NCBI GenBank assembly: GCA_002633005.1
Contig: NMRA01000688.1
Location: 74,363 to 128,423, forward strand
Reading direction: 5' to 3'
Length of the DNA stretch: 54,061 nt
Source of the DNA: Phoronis australis
Taxonomy: Eukaryota > Animalia > Phoronida
Shown here: piece after piece, positions 1 to 13,219 of the stretch
Layout: each line of letters starts with the position of its first letter
Numbering within the stretch: position 1 is the first letter of the stretch
Notes under the pieces: generated by a model
The model's database searches: none
Told to the model about the DNA's origin: nothing
What the model saw: the letters and a program-made list of their open reading frames with translations, nothing else
Translations under genes and position numbers: made by a program

Positions 1-280
1 CTTTCATAAATCCCAGCTTGGAGTACAAGTCGTCAACCCTAGTGTCCCTAATTTTAGTACCCAGGATAGCCCTGGCGGCTCTATTTTGGATTACTTGGAC
101 TTTGTTTACAAGTGTGTCACTAGTGTGCCCCCAAACCGGTAAACAATAATCAATATGAGGCTGAATAATACAATGGTAAAGGGTCTTAAGGGTACAGACA
201 TTAACAAATTTGCCTAGACGTTTAAGTACACCAATTTTCTTTGATAATTTCTTTGTGATATGATCAAGCACCCAAATACT
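1..280 (-). mobile_element. LINE (CR1/L2/Crack-like) ORF2 C-terminal fragment, runs off the window edge
   Basis: Manual minus-strand translation gives YLG.../LDHITKKLSKKIGVLKRLGKFVNVCTLKTLYHCIIQPHIDYCLPVWGHTSDTLVNKVQVIQNRAARAILG. This is the typical post-RT 'PxxDYxxxVW...Q.RAAR' segment. Confidence 0.8.
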
Positions 281-546
281 AATAGCATTTCTTCCGTTTT
301 ACATAGACAAATGACTAAACGTCTGTGGACACTAAAGGGTTAAGTTAGTCCATCACAAATTAGGAGCAATTTGTTTACCTATTACCTCAATTTTAGTTTA
401 ATTTCACTCACATGGTAGTCTTCCCAGAGGATCCAAAGTTGTCTGGGCTACCCATCCATTGAACTGCATTGCTACATTTCTTTGTCATGACACACAATGC
501 TTCTTTACACAATGTTTTTGTCATAACTGTAGACATCTTAATAATA

Positions 547-3235
547 TAGACCGGGCACAGGCGCTACTGCAGCTGGCAACTTGATGCCATATTGGTGGAG
601 AGTGCTACTAGTCACGTGACACGGTTAATCGCCGTGTAAACAAACGGGGCAAATTGCCCTTTTCAAAGCATGATATCTAACACATAACGAGGCGGGAGAG
701 TGTGATTTTTTCCAGGAACACAAAAAACATGTGCAGCAGCACTTACATGCGTTTTTTAAAAGTCAGTCAGTCGATAGGGAAAATATCAAACTAATAGAAG
801 ATAACAACCATCTGCAGATTCTCGAGTGGCCTGAGCGGCTGCAGGCTTGTCAATCCACTGCAAGCGTTTTATTTTTTCGTTTCTCAAGAGAAACCAGTAA
901 GGTCGCGCAAATTTAACATTTAATTCGTGTCGTTTGATGCAAATACATTATCCAAGAGACATGCTGCTCACTTGGGACCTACTTTCGTGGTGCCCAATAG
1001 GAGCCTTTTCAGTATTGAAAAATGAGCGCGGGTAACTTTCTAAAATTAAAATGCGACCCGTGTCGCTTTTAATGGGGGTCTAAATTTAATGTGAACTACT
1101 GTGAAAACTGGCCTCATTATGGTCATGTAAATAAATGACACTGAGGTTTTTAAAGTTCATTAGGGCGTTCTCCCATTCAGTGACTTCACCAGGCATACAG
1201 CGGTTGTGAGCGTGTGATAACATCTAGCTCCTTTGTTAACTGCGGAGCACAGTCTTTTGTCTGGTATGACAACATGCAGGTCAGTTATCTTATTACCGAT
1301 CACATGTGAACACAGTCGAACCCAGTGCGTTGGTAGTTCCGACAGAATAGATTATCTTGTCTTCGATTGTAGCTTAACAGCACATACCAATGAGGCTTTA
1401 ATACACGATCTTATCAGAGATTAGAGCAATTATCAACAAAAGAGCTGACCCTCCCACCCCTATTTGCCAGACTGAACTTAACCAGTCGTCATTGTAAGAT
1501 ATTGGCTACAGTGCATGGATGGCGCACCACAGGGGGACTGGGGGAGAGCTATAGCCCACACGTTTTTAATGCTGCGCCACCCATGCAGCGGTCATCTGCC
1601 CAACTTGTGCTATATAACCTAAGAACTTAGACTTAATAGGAGAATGCCGAAATGTAAAAAGCAAAGAACACAGACCCAGATCCTTTCCTCGTTCGAGATT
1701 GCCAACATAAAAATATTCTTCTTTCAAACAGAATTTTTCTCTCACNAAATCACAAAGAGACCAGCCCCTCTCCCACACATTATTTCGAACCATTCCTATC
1801 CATTCCCGTCCTTAATCTGCTAAAGCTACTGCATGTCCCTCAGCCGAGAAATTTAAAATAAATTCTTCTCTCACGCACGCTTGGCCTTCTCACGGTATCA
1901 AATTTGACTTTGATAGTAAAAACACTTTGCTGCGATCGGAAGATTCTTAACATGTGGCCAAGTATTTTGGATTAGTCTTCATGCAGTTCAGTAGTCAGAT
2001 ATATCCTGACATGAGCAGTGCAGAAATGACCAGTTGCCAATTTGGGCAACTGAACGAAAGACTGTTCGAAAAATAGTGATTGTTTTCTCTTCATCTCAAC
2101 TCCCACACACCATATTCCGCCGTTCAGTATATTCACTCTCTAATTGCGGCATATATTGTAAACGCAAGATTTCCATTGCTGGGCGCCAACTACTCACAGG
2201 TGACCCCCAGACCTAAGCATCCGCGTATCGAACATTGTTGAAAGATCGCCAGTTGCGGCTAACATATCTGCTTATCCCAACTCCATGTTGCGGGGGAGAC
2301 GTTGAATAATCACGAGACAGGTTTTCACGGATGTGAGGTCATTTTTTATGGGCTGAAAATTCCTCACATTAAATTTAGACCTAGTGAAAAAACTAACCGG
2401 GTCATTTTTCACGAGGTCATTATTTAATGCTACACCGGCTCGGTTGGGTACATTTCCATTCGGTTTCGAGTAGGAAATTCTGTATTTTGGGTATACAATA
2501 GGTCGGGTGTGCAATTCAGTCGTACAGTTTTGATATTTTTGTTACTATGCACTTTACTTTTTTGCCCAAGTTTTGAGTCACAAAACAAAGAGCTCGTAAG
2601 CGAGCAGTACAAATCTACAGAATTTCCAATATAAGCTTCAACATAAGTACAGATTTTGCAGGGATTTGTTTGTTTTGATACAACAGAAAATATCTGATTT
2701 TGGAATACATATTAAGAAACAAGTTTTTAAAGCAGTATATATATCAATAGAGAATACATTGTTCATTTAGATGTACTGATTTGGATGGCTGGCGAGAAAG
2801 TTCGGGGACGATATTTTTCAGTACGAGTAAAAACATATGATTGTCATTAATACCAAATATTTAAAGTACAATTAACAAGCAGTATCATCATTAGATAACA
2901 GCATATACTAGTCAAAAGTTATCTTTTTAATTAACCATATATGGTCTCAATCACCAACTATGGAAACAATGCATAGTCGCTCCACTTAAACTGTGGTGGC
3001 AGAACATAAAAACCTTGTGGTAGTACCACTAAACTCCATGGCCGAACCAAAAAACCCTTGACTCAATGGCAGGACCAAAACACGAGCTGCAGGCATAACA
3101 GGCCCCCCAGGATTTTCTGATTGATGTCGTGGGGCTCCCAGTGTTTTCCGCCATTTTTGTCCTGTGTAACACTCTCCAATATAGTGTCGTTGACAACACG
3201 AGCTTCATGTATCTGAGTGGCACGCGCCCGGTCTA
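547..3235. mobile_element. Non-autonomous TIR DNA transposon with TAG termini (possibly Academ-like)
   Basis: The left end TAGACCGGGC is inverted to the right end GCCCGGTCTA, with further imperfect arm matches (ggagagtg; ggtctaaatttaatgtga at ~1076 versus its reverse complement at ~2363). The same short tttgtcataac/acaatg repeat lies on both flanks. No clear TSD. Confidence 0.5.
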
Positions 3236-5693
3236 AGTGATTCTATGGTCATAACATACAATGTTTATTTGTCATAACACTCAGTGTTTCTTTGTAGTTT
3301 TCTCAATTCTGGCACAGCAACTTGAAAGGTTTCACTCATTTCACACTGACAAAGCTTGCCATGTCTGCCACGTGTTTTTGTACAAATTTTATCCTAACAA
3401 TTGAAATTCAGTAATTTTCAATCTTTGCATTATTTCTATCTTGAAGTAATTTGAAGTTTGGTGCAAATGGGCTGATAATTTTTTTTTTCTGAATCTAACT
3501 TTTCTTCCAAATTGTCTCGGATGGAAAATTTCCATTTGGCTAGTTGATTAGGAGTAAATTATTGAAAATGACTGGATCTTACTATTAGAGCATAATTAGA
3601 TTTTTTATTCTTTCTTCACCATGTTTACCAACTATTGTATAATGTTTAAATTCAAGGTAAAATTGATTTTATGTCGTACACACCTTTCCAGGGAGGCCTA
3701 AAACTCCTGCACTTTTTGTCAAATTTAGCTGATGAACTATTAGTCACAAAAGTAACGTAATTGTGAATTTGTTGCCAGTGTTACTGAAAATCTCACCAAT
3801 TTCGGACTAAGATAATTGCCAAAATAGCATTTCCTTCATTGTTCAAGGGCTTTGGACATTGTTTTGAATATTCCCAATTTTTTAAGATGTTGCCTGATGG
3901 TAGCTAGGTTTCAGAACATAATAAGCCAAAGCATCATTTTGGCACAATGTTTCACTTATGAAAAATGAAATAATAAAAGTTCCACCTGTGTGTCCTAAAA
4001 TTATGGTGTTTTGTCGTAGTTTCTCTTCCCACCACCAAAATGCTTTGAAGTAAACCAAAATGTAGCCATGACCACCTTCTGCACCAGTCTATTGAAATAA
4101 TATTAATCAGGTAGGAAATACCTCTTTTTACAATTCTTTAGAGTCTAATTCATCAGTTGACTTTTTTTTAATGTTTCCATGGAAGTACCTTACCAACTCA
4201 TTTTACACACTTAAAAATACTTGCCTTCTATGTGTGACTTGTCAACCACTTGATTATTCAGGTGACTGTGAGACGACTTCAATACCTTGTTGGAAGTTGT
4301 GGAAGAAACGAAAAGTGAAACTGTTCTGCAAAAGTCCATTGTTCTGCTGTCAAATGCTCTAAATAATTTACACTCACATCTGAAACTAGCTTACTTTGGA
4401 TATAAACTCGCTTCTGTCTTCTCCATAAATAACTTAGTTCTGAAGGAGAAGACTAATGCCCCGATGCGAAATAAGCTCATTGTCAATGTAATTAATTTGC
4501 ATGACACTTCTCAGTGTTCTCTTTTTGAACCTGTGCACATTAAGGTCCATTGAACTCACTTTTCGGGTCAGGTCATAGTGATTTGGGTGTGAATTTTATG
4601 TAGCATGTTTCGACCAATAAATACTCGAATCCCGAAATCAGGTAATTAACATGTCGTCAGATAATGTTTGCTGGTGTTCTAATTTGACAACTGATTAGCT
4701 GGTGGGGTTGTTTTTGATATGAAATTGGTGATTTTAAAGAAGAATGCTACCCGATTTAATTTGTTTTGCCATCTTAATCGGTCTATATCCACATCACTTC
4801 GCGTACTGTCGATCTCACCTCGCCGAAAGGTGTCGCCTTAGCCTGTGAGGAAGGTGAGTACACGACACTTTGACGTCAGTGGTTCTTCAGCTGAGTTTGT
4901 GCCTCTATGGTGTGACATGTAATTCCCACTTTTGCGAAACATGAAGCTGCAAGGAAAATGGGAACATCATTTTTTCTCGATTTCCTCGAGAACCCGAAAT
5001 GCTTCGAAAGTGTCTCGCTGCAATAAAGAGTGAAAAGTATGCCCTTAATACCAAGTATGAGGCCTTGAAATATGTCCCACACTATCAATCAAGAGACTAA
5101 ATGTCCACTACAGGACTTCTGCAGATTCTGTAAACAAAAATTGCCGGGCCCTCGAATGGTGCCTGTGCCTTCTGAGAGGGGAATATTTTGGGGTGAGGGG
5201 GAAATTCTACCTCCTGATCGTCATCAATACCAGCCTCAACCCGTTGCACAGGCTCTGCCTCAAGTAACCATTGTCCTCTTTCAACCTGGAGGGGATTTTT
5301 TCAATCACTTGAGGGCACTTTTTGGACGTCACCAGCGGATTTTCGTGCGATTTTTCTGAGAGGAATGGATTGTCCATTCAACTGCTGAATAATTCAGCCC
5401 CAATATCAAGAGATTGAGGTCCCTGGATTGACTTGATACAATGTATGGTCTTAGTTCTTGGGTTGCTTTTGGGATGGGGGTCACTCATCCTCTGTTATAC
5501 ATGATGAGCAGAAGTCTATTTTGTCTACATCCTCTGTGAGTACTGGCTTTTTGTCTCAAACAGAAGTGAACACTCCCACCTCAGACTAGTTTGTGAAAGA
5601 CAATTTGGAAAAGGGATAGTTTTACAGTCACTCACTGCCACGGTATTTTTCAGGGCGTTTTACTATGGTCACTTTTAGCGGAATGCTATTGAA

Positions 5694-6830
5694 TTTTTAT
5701 GCGCCCACATATTATATGTGGACGCATTATGCCGTTATCTCTGTCCGTCCGTCCGGGCGCCGTCCGGCGTCCGCTGCTTTATCTCCAAAACCCTTTGACA
5801 TACGTTCATGAAATTTGGCACATATGTTCCATTCATGAATGGGACGGCATGTGCAAACTTTCGTACGGATCCGACTACCGGTGTGCCCCCTAGTGGCAAT
5901 TTTAGATTTTTACGCTTACCTTTGTATCATCAAAAGTCCTGAACGGATTTTCATGAAATTTGGTATGTAGGCACCTATTAGTGAGATGACGCTATCCTGC
6001 CGTTTTCAGATGGATTCGACATAGTTTGCGCCACGTAGTGGCCATTTTTAGTGTTTTCGAGTCTGTTTTTGTGCGTCCACCCCTCTATCAACCAAACCGC
6101 TCAAAGGATGATTTTAAAAATTGGCATGTATATGCTTACTATGTAGAGGACGGTTGACGATGATTTTCCGACGATTTCGACCACTGTGGCGCCTCCTAGT
6201 GGCAGTTTTGTTTTTTTTTTGCGCCTATGGATGTATCTCCTAAACCGTTCGCAGGATCTTTACGAAATTTAATAAGTGTATTTATATTATGTTAACAACA
6301 GACGATGACGACATTTGGACGGATCCGCCTACCAGTGGCAATTTTATTTTTTTGCGTTTACCTCTGTATCTTCACAAGTCCTTAACGGATTTTCGTGAAA
6401 TTTGGTATGTCGGCACCTATTAGTGCGATGACGCTATCCTCCCGTTTTCGGATGGATTCGACCTAGTTTGCGACACCCAGTGGCCATTTTTACTGTTTTT
6501 GAGTCTGTTTTTTGGCGTCCACCCCTCTGTCAACCAAACCGCTATAAGTATGATTGTGAAAATTGGCATGTATGTTCTTACTATGAAGAGGACGGTTGAC
6601 GCTGAATTTCCCATGACTTTGATTACTGTGGCGCCTCCTAGTGGCAGTTTTTTTTTGCGCCCATGGCTGTATCTCCCAAACCATTTACAGGATCTTTACT
6701 AAATTTAGCAAGTGTATTTATGTGATGTTGACAACGGACGATGACGACTTTAGGATGATTCTGACTACCGGTATGCCTCTAGTGGCAATTTTTAGTATTT
6801 TACATTGACCTCTGTATTTTCATAGGTCGT
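5694..6830 (+). mobile_element. Helentron/HINE(DINE-1)-like element with internal tandem repeats
   Basis: T-run, short hairpin (gcgcccaca...tgtggacgc), ctgtccgtccgtcc microsatellite, then ~140-160 bp monomers containing atgaaatttgg and ctagtggc, with a higher-order period of ~440 bp. Two more copies occur in the window. Confidence 0.7.
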
Positions 6831-8216
6831 CAGGTGTATACTTTGTGTTACTTCGTGACTATGAAGGAAAAGTTCCAAGTAGAAATTTGTTTCTGGCATT
6901 CTAATGCTGTGCTATGTTGGTAAATTTCTACTTGGAACTATGTTTCTGTGGTGCTTTAAGCAACTGATGTATAAGGATGTGCTTGTATTATGAAGATCAC
7001 TCACATTTTGCCCCTAGCCTATTGAGGAGACAATGATCATGCTTTTCCATTTTGCAAAGTACAACATACTACATATATGCCCTCTACTGGCCACTTTATG
7101 GTACCAATAAACAACCCTAGAAGGATACCGTATGTGGTGCAATTTTGGGCGCATTTCAACGCTCTGCGTTGCTCTTGTTTCAGGTGTGTTCATGTTAAGT
7201 ATGAAAATCACCTCTAGGTTTGGGATATCCTACTCAGAACAATGGCTCTTTCTTGTAAACAAAAAGATTCACTTTAGAGCTGTGAAAAAAGTGCAACCAC
7301 ACACCTTGCACCAATGTTTGTCATCTCAGCTGCAATCACTGCCTTTAAATGACCACAGTATGACCACTGTATGAATCAGTGCAGTAGAAAGGTTTGTTCC
7401 CTCCATGCACACGTATGAGATTTAACTCTGTAATACCTCAAAAGATGCCATAACAGACAAGTGCCCCCTCCCCCCACTCTCAAAAGCCAGTTTCAAATGG
7501 GCTTGACATCCCATATAGGAATGAACTGGAAAGTACAAAGACTCAAAATGATGGAATAGCGCACTTACTTTGTTATTTAATGCCAGCATGCCCACTGTTC
7601 TTCAGTACGTTTCAACATAGTTTGATTATAGTTATTAACAAATATCCAAAGAGTGGCTAAAACTTGATGTCTGAAATAAGTGTGTGTAAGACACTTGGCC
7701 AAAGAATTTGTACTTGTATGAGGCAAAACAGAGTACATCGTCTAAGGTAAGTTCAGTATTTCAAACAGCAATGCTTTTGCTTCACAATTTACAATGCACA
7801 GTACATTTAGTACCCATTCCAAAATAGTCACAGCAGAATAACAATCGCGTTCTCAAGTCAACAAGTAAAGTGTCGCTCTCAATGTGGTGAAGATCCAACT
7901 GAACAAGTACACAGAATCCAATGTATCAAGATTAGCTATCGGCGAATGGTGATCCCTGCTTCCTGAGAGTATTCATTTCAGTCATGGCTGAATCCCAGCA
8001 ACATTGCTGCATGGATACTGTTTGGGAAGTTAGGCAAACTACTTGAGCTAACTTACACATATTAAATGCACATTGAAAATATTTCTGAATGTCGGCAGAA
8101 GATCAAGTGCACTTATCACTTTCTAATTATGAGAAGTTCACAAGACCATACTAGCGACATCCACACCATTCTACTTTTAGGTTTGTGTGATGTACAGATT
8201 CCAAAAGTGTTAAGGC

Positions 8217-11152
8217 CTACACTGAGCAGGTACATATTTCTAAATGCTGAGTGAGTGCTGACATAAGTTCAGCCTTCCACTTTCCAAATTTGGTAGTAAA
8301 TGCACAACTGTTTGCAAGTGTCTTTTAGATCAACTACCGTAAACGTTCAGGTTAATGCCCTGAGCGGTTAAATTGGCAAACCCAAAAAATCGGGGGTGGG
8401 TGGTTAACCGAACATGGGCGCTTACATCGTGATTTAAGTCCCCACACGACACACGTACTCAGAAAGCGTAGCACTTTTTTTTAGAGCTTCATCATCACGT
8501 TGCCAAATGACGGTAAAAATTTCATAACAGCGGATGATCCCAACAAAGGTTCTGTTGCCCTCAAATTAGTCATTCACAATTAAATTTACAAAATTGCTAA
8601 GTAATATACCCGTGCCATCCTGCCGTCTTGTTAGTTTGTTAGAACTGTATTTCGCAGACGACCAGTGACCACGCAGCGCTCCTGGACTTGGATTGCAACC
8701 AGTGACACCGCAAAAATGCGCGCGTGCAAGCTTGGATTGCAACTATTTCAAGATGTGACCTTGCTAAAGTGCGCGCGTGCAAGCTTCACGTGTTGCAGAG
8801 GTCACAGCTGACACCAAGGTTACAGTCCCGTGGTAGCTATTAAGTTCCGAGTCAGATAGCAGTTTTAAAATTAGTTGCAATTAAGTTTGAAAAACTAACT
8901 GACAGGTGTGTTTTGTGTTTGGGATGATTATAGTCAACACTCTGTGACTCAATAACATTTTCACTGCGAACCATACTCTGCAAAGAAGTAAGACATTGGA
9001 CTCGGGGGGGGGGGGGGGGGGNGGGGGGGGACACGAGCCAGAGTCGTTAATCAAGAAGAAAACTTCGAACCACGGCATAAATAGTGATAAAACGTAACAA
9101 AACAGCGATGTTTCAATTCATTCTTAAACGACAACCTTACTCAACTTCGTGGTGGAATACACATTTATTTTACATACAAGATGTCCAGATTATATCCTAT
9201 TATAATATCACCTATGCTATAGCACTGCAGCACTGGTCGGTCCCACTGTTTGTGCGCAATGTCCCGGCAGGCAATCTTGACTTGGAAAGGCCGTCAAGTA
9301 ATATAACGGCTTCTTTTAATATGCGGCTCGTTTTTAATGGCCAAAGATAGCGTCGGGATTCAGCACGCATGTACGGCCTACGTATGAGTAACCTGTCAAT
9401 CACGTGTTGGTGTCATGGTAACATGCACTCAGTGTGGGAACTTACGCATGGACACCACTACAAAGTCACACATCAAAAGAGAACAGCGACAGTCCTGAGT
9501 AAAAGAAACTGGCATGAGTTTGTGCTTTTAAGCTGTTGTTAGGAAAGACCCAGTGCGCTACGATATTCCTCTGTTCCAATATCCCCCAAGACTGCGATGT
9601 CAAGTCTGCTTCGATATTTTCCGGCTCGATGTTCCCAAGGCCCGAGTGTGCCATGCCCGTAGCTAGCTGCGTGTATCTCCTACCAACTATCGCTAGTTTT
9701 CAGTCAATCTGCATCGTAGATATTTTAGGCTCGAATGGTAAGAACTTTGTTCAGGCTGAAACTGGCCAATGTAGAAATAAAGTTATTCTGGATGGCTAAA
9801 AAGGGAACATTGAAGCAAAAATTCACACAGTCAGGCGGGGATTGACGCAAGAAATCGTTATAAAGAACAGCCAGCGACATTAGTTAAATCTGCTAATGCC
9901 AGTTTGACTGAGGTGCAATAAGCGAAAAACAAAATTTGACTAGAAGTTTTTTATTACTTCACGATGAAACACAAACATACAGTTAACGTATTGCCAACCT
10001 TTGAACACAGAAATCGAGAGGCAGCAAATCGGTAACCCAGTGAGGAACACTGTCCCTTTGGTCGCCACTGACACATCCTTGATAACCTGGCAATAACATT
10101 CATTTGACATCTTTCCATGAGTTATGGGAATTAATTCTTCAAAGTGTGAGAGCTTCCCACCTAACGAGAATTTGGAGGATTGACAAAACCATTGTCATAT
10201 TTCTCTGGCCCAGTTATTTCAAATGTATATTTTATCTGGTGCACTGCTGACGGAAACTCAGCACGGCCGACAGCGTCGCTGAAAGCGGAGGTATTAACAT
10301 CGGCGGGGTTCTTAAACTTTGCAAACCTGAGAAGAAAATGAAATGACAAAAACGTTCAAGTATTACATTTTGAAGTAAGTCCATGACCCGGGACAATAAC
10401 TCATTACTTGTGTTGTTATTCACATTCATTTGCCAAACTGCCGTCCGGAGGCCCACCGTCGTTGCGCTCGTTGTGATCATCATCTGTATCTAAAAGTCAG
10501 GAATTGCGCGTTTTCCACCAGTAGGTGCAAAATCTTCAATCTTAACAAGTCGGGAATGGGCGCTTAACTGAGAGGTGGGTGCTTAACTGGAAATCTTGAA
10601 AAATCGCAGAGGAGCGGTTAATCAAGCAGTGTGTGGTTGAATCGAAAATCCACTAAGGTAGGGGGTGGGCGGTTAACTGAGCATGGGCGTTAACCCTAAT
10701 GTTTACGGTAATTTTAGTTTCCCCAGGGCTTTGTGTTTCAGCATTCCACATAAATACTGTTCATTGAAAGTAACTGGATGTACAACACCAATTTCACGGT
10801 GCACATTCTCTCGAAGCTCCGACTTCCTGATAGCAATTTTATTCCCGTGGTCGTCCTCGTCTTCATCTTCAACAAAATCTTTTCATTTTTTCTGCAAATT
10901 CAATCAATAAAAAACTAACAATTTGCTTGGACGCCTGCCATTCACTTATGCAAAATTCGGCACGAATATGTCGCAAACACTCTGTTCAGGGTCAATTTTT
11001 TTACCCGACCTTTCACCATCATTATAGAGCTTGGCGATATATTCTCTTATCTCGGTTGACATTCTGGGCCTGCGTTTAACTTATTTCAAACCCCACCGTT
11101 TTTCTAGTACAGAGAACTGAAAAGCCTCTTGAACCTTTTGCACACTTGCATC
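8217..11152 (-). pseudogene. Degenerate DNA-transposase C-terminal exon (Sola3-like by recollection), split by a younger element
   Basis: After the acceptor ttatttcag it reads ...RWGLK*VKRRPRMSTEIREYIAKLYNDGERSGKKIDPEQ...HPVTFNEQYLCGMLKHKALGKLKL. It is interrupted at the TA at 10709-10710 and resumes below 8336 as VDLKDTCKQL.../KAELMSALTQHLEICTCSV*. Stops and frameshifts are present. Confidence 0.55.
8337..10708. mobile_element. Tc1/mariner (pogo-like) TIR element with TA target duplication
   Basis: TA|CCGTAAACgttcaggttaatgccc ... gggcgttaaccctaatGTTTACGG|TA. Subterminal ggttaa/gggcgctta motifs occur at both ends. Confidence 0.8.
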
Positions 11153-11446
11153 TGAAATAATAACTATAATCTAAAAGTAGGATCTATATCTCTGAATTCA
11201 AAAGTTCTCACATTCACCATAGTATTCACAAACACAAACTGTCTCAGGGACATCTTATAGGAAATGAGATGCGAACTTATGCTAAAACAGATTTATTTTT
11301 CCTCATATTCTCATTTGCAAGAAGAACTAGTATTTCATCAACAATAGAAAAAGTGTTTCAAGTGTAACAACAAATACTGAATTTTATAGCTGTCATAATT
11401 AGTTATGTTTGTTTCAATTGTTGGCTGAAGCTCTCTTTTCTAACTT

Positions 11447-13219
11447 CCTGGGTGAGAATTTGACACGTTTGACACGCTCTAAAAACGTGGAGTATTGGAA
11501 CGCTCTAAAAACGTGTCGAACGTGTAAAACGTGATGTGTCAAACGTGTAAAATGTAGCATGTCAAACGTGTCAAGAACGTGTCAAAAACGTGTAATTTTC
11601 GTTCCAATACTCCACGTTTGACACGCTTAGCGTGTCAAACGTGGCGATAAGCGTGTAAAACGTAGCGATAGCGTGTCGAATGTGGCTTGCCAAAACGTGG
11701 CAAAAACGTGGCACTTTTGACACCCTAGCATGTCAAACGTGGCGCTTTTGACACGCTAGCCTGTAATCTGTGTCATTGCCATGGTAGCGACCCTACATTT
11801 AGCCTGAGGCCGTGTACAAGCCATAATGTTCTTGTTTATAGCAGCTAACCATCCACCATGGGAATCCATACTGAAAGCAAATGTATAAAGGGATTTCTTC
11901 TTTAAGTCACAGTTTATTGTTACTGTTGATGTAAATAATCCAAAATGTGATAATGATATAGAATCATTAAAACGATAATGTAACTATCCAACTCTTACCA
12001 CATACTGTTGTCACTAAATTTCATTTCATCTAGAATAACATTAACACAGAAATAAGAAAATGGTTCAACATACAAATTTGAAGTGCTTAAGCTGCTATAT
12101 ATATGCATATAAGTCTAAGCTTTTGAGTCAGGCCAGTTGCTTGAAAACAGTTTATGAAGTAAAGAACAGACGCACTTTGTAACATCTTTGAATTACCAAG
12201 AGTGATTCAACATTTGTCATAACATTGAGTTCATGTTGATTTTGCAGCCCAAACCTCTAAACACAATGTCTTATCCTCATTCAAGCTGACACAAAATGTG
12301 AGTTGATCCAATAACAACAATATTATGAATTGATATACTACTGAAGATGAGAGGCGTTCCAACTTCATATATTAACTGCGTAGTCAACAGTTTCTACTGA
12401 CTCTTGTTTTCTGTTACAATCAAACTTACCTGTAAAAAGAAGGACCATTTGCAAGAAAAGTTTATCAAGCCACTGTCAACCAGAGTATATACATACTAAA
12501 CTTCTGTTAGAGCTGCACCACACTCGAAAACCATACTTCATAAGTGCTCTCCTGAGAGGACTGCACTCTCTGACAGCTAAACCAACTCTAACTCAGTATT
12601 TGGATATTTCAATAGGCAGTGAAAACTTTTGTTGCAAACTCTTTGATGTTATTGAGGGAACATGTTTAATCATTCAAATTGGGTGATTACCTCCCAGTGG
12701 CCTTTTCAGAACTGCCAAGCCTATTTAAATTGTATCTTTATTGAAGAGTTCTATCATATTTTACACGTTCGACACGCTAGCGTGTCAAAATTTTACACGT
12801 TCGACACGCTAGCGTGTCAAAATTTTACACGTTTGACACCGTAGCGTGTCACATTTTACACGTTTGATATGCTAGCGTGTCAAACTTTACACGTTTGACA
12901 CGTTAACGTGGCAAACTTTACACGTTTGACACGCTAACGTGGCAAATTTTACACGTTTGACACGCTAGCGTGTCAAATTTTACACGTTTGACACGCTAAC
13001 GTGGCAAATTTTACACGTTTGACACGCTAACGTGGCAAATTTTACACGTTTGACACGCTAACGTGGCAAATTTTACACGTTTGACACGCTAGCGTGTCAT
13101 GTTTTTACACGTTTTACACGTTAACATGGCAATTTTGACACGTATTACACGTTTTTTTACACGTCTGACACGTTTGACACGCTCAAAAGCATGTCAAACG
13201 TGTAAAATTCTCACCCGGG
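11447..13219. mobile_element. Non-autonomous TIR element with subterminal repeat arrays (EnSpm/CACTA-like)
   Basis: Inverted termini CC(T/C)GGGTGAGAATTT(G/T)ACACGTTTGACA, a 2-bp TT on both flanks, and dense ACACGTTTGACACG motif arrays near both ends. Confidence 0.75.
12758..13200. repeat. ~31-32 bp minisatellite (ttttacacgtttgacacgctagcgtgtcaaa), about a dozen copies
   Basis: Directly visible tandem array. The unit contains the palindrome tgacacgctagcgtgtca. A related degenerate array lies at 11460-11760. Confidence 0.9.

Noticed and set aside
4171-4553. Candidate upstream IGHMBP2 exon after ttattcag
   Set aside because: The translations show no helicase or R3H similarity in any frame.
7900-8020. 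Possible SECIS-like or structured RNA on the minus strand
   Set aside because: I could not establish the required stem pairing, and no selenoprotein ORF is nearby.
9004-9030. Poly-G run as a G-quadruplex element
   Set aside because: It is a homopolymer containing an N inside a transposon, so its length is unreliable.
12758-13200. Regular ~32-bp palindromic repeats resembling a CRISPR array
   Set aside because: The units are contiguous with no unique spacers, there are no cas genes, the context is eukaryotic, and they sit inside a TIR element.
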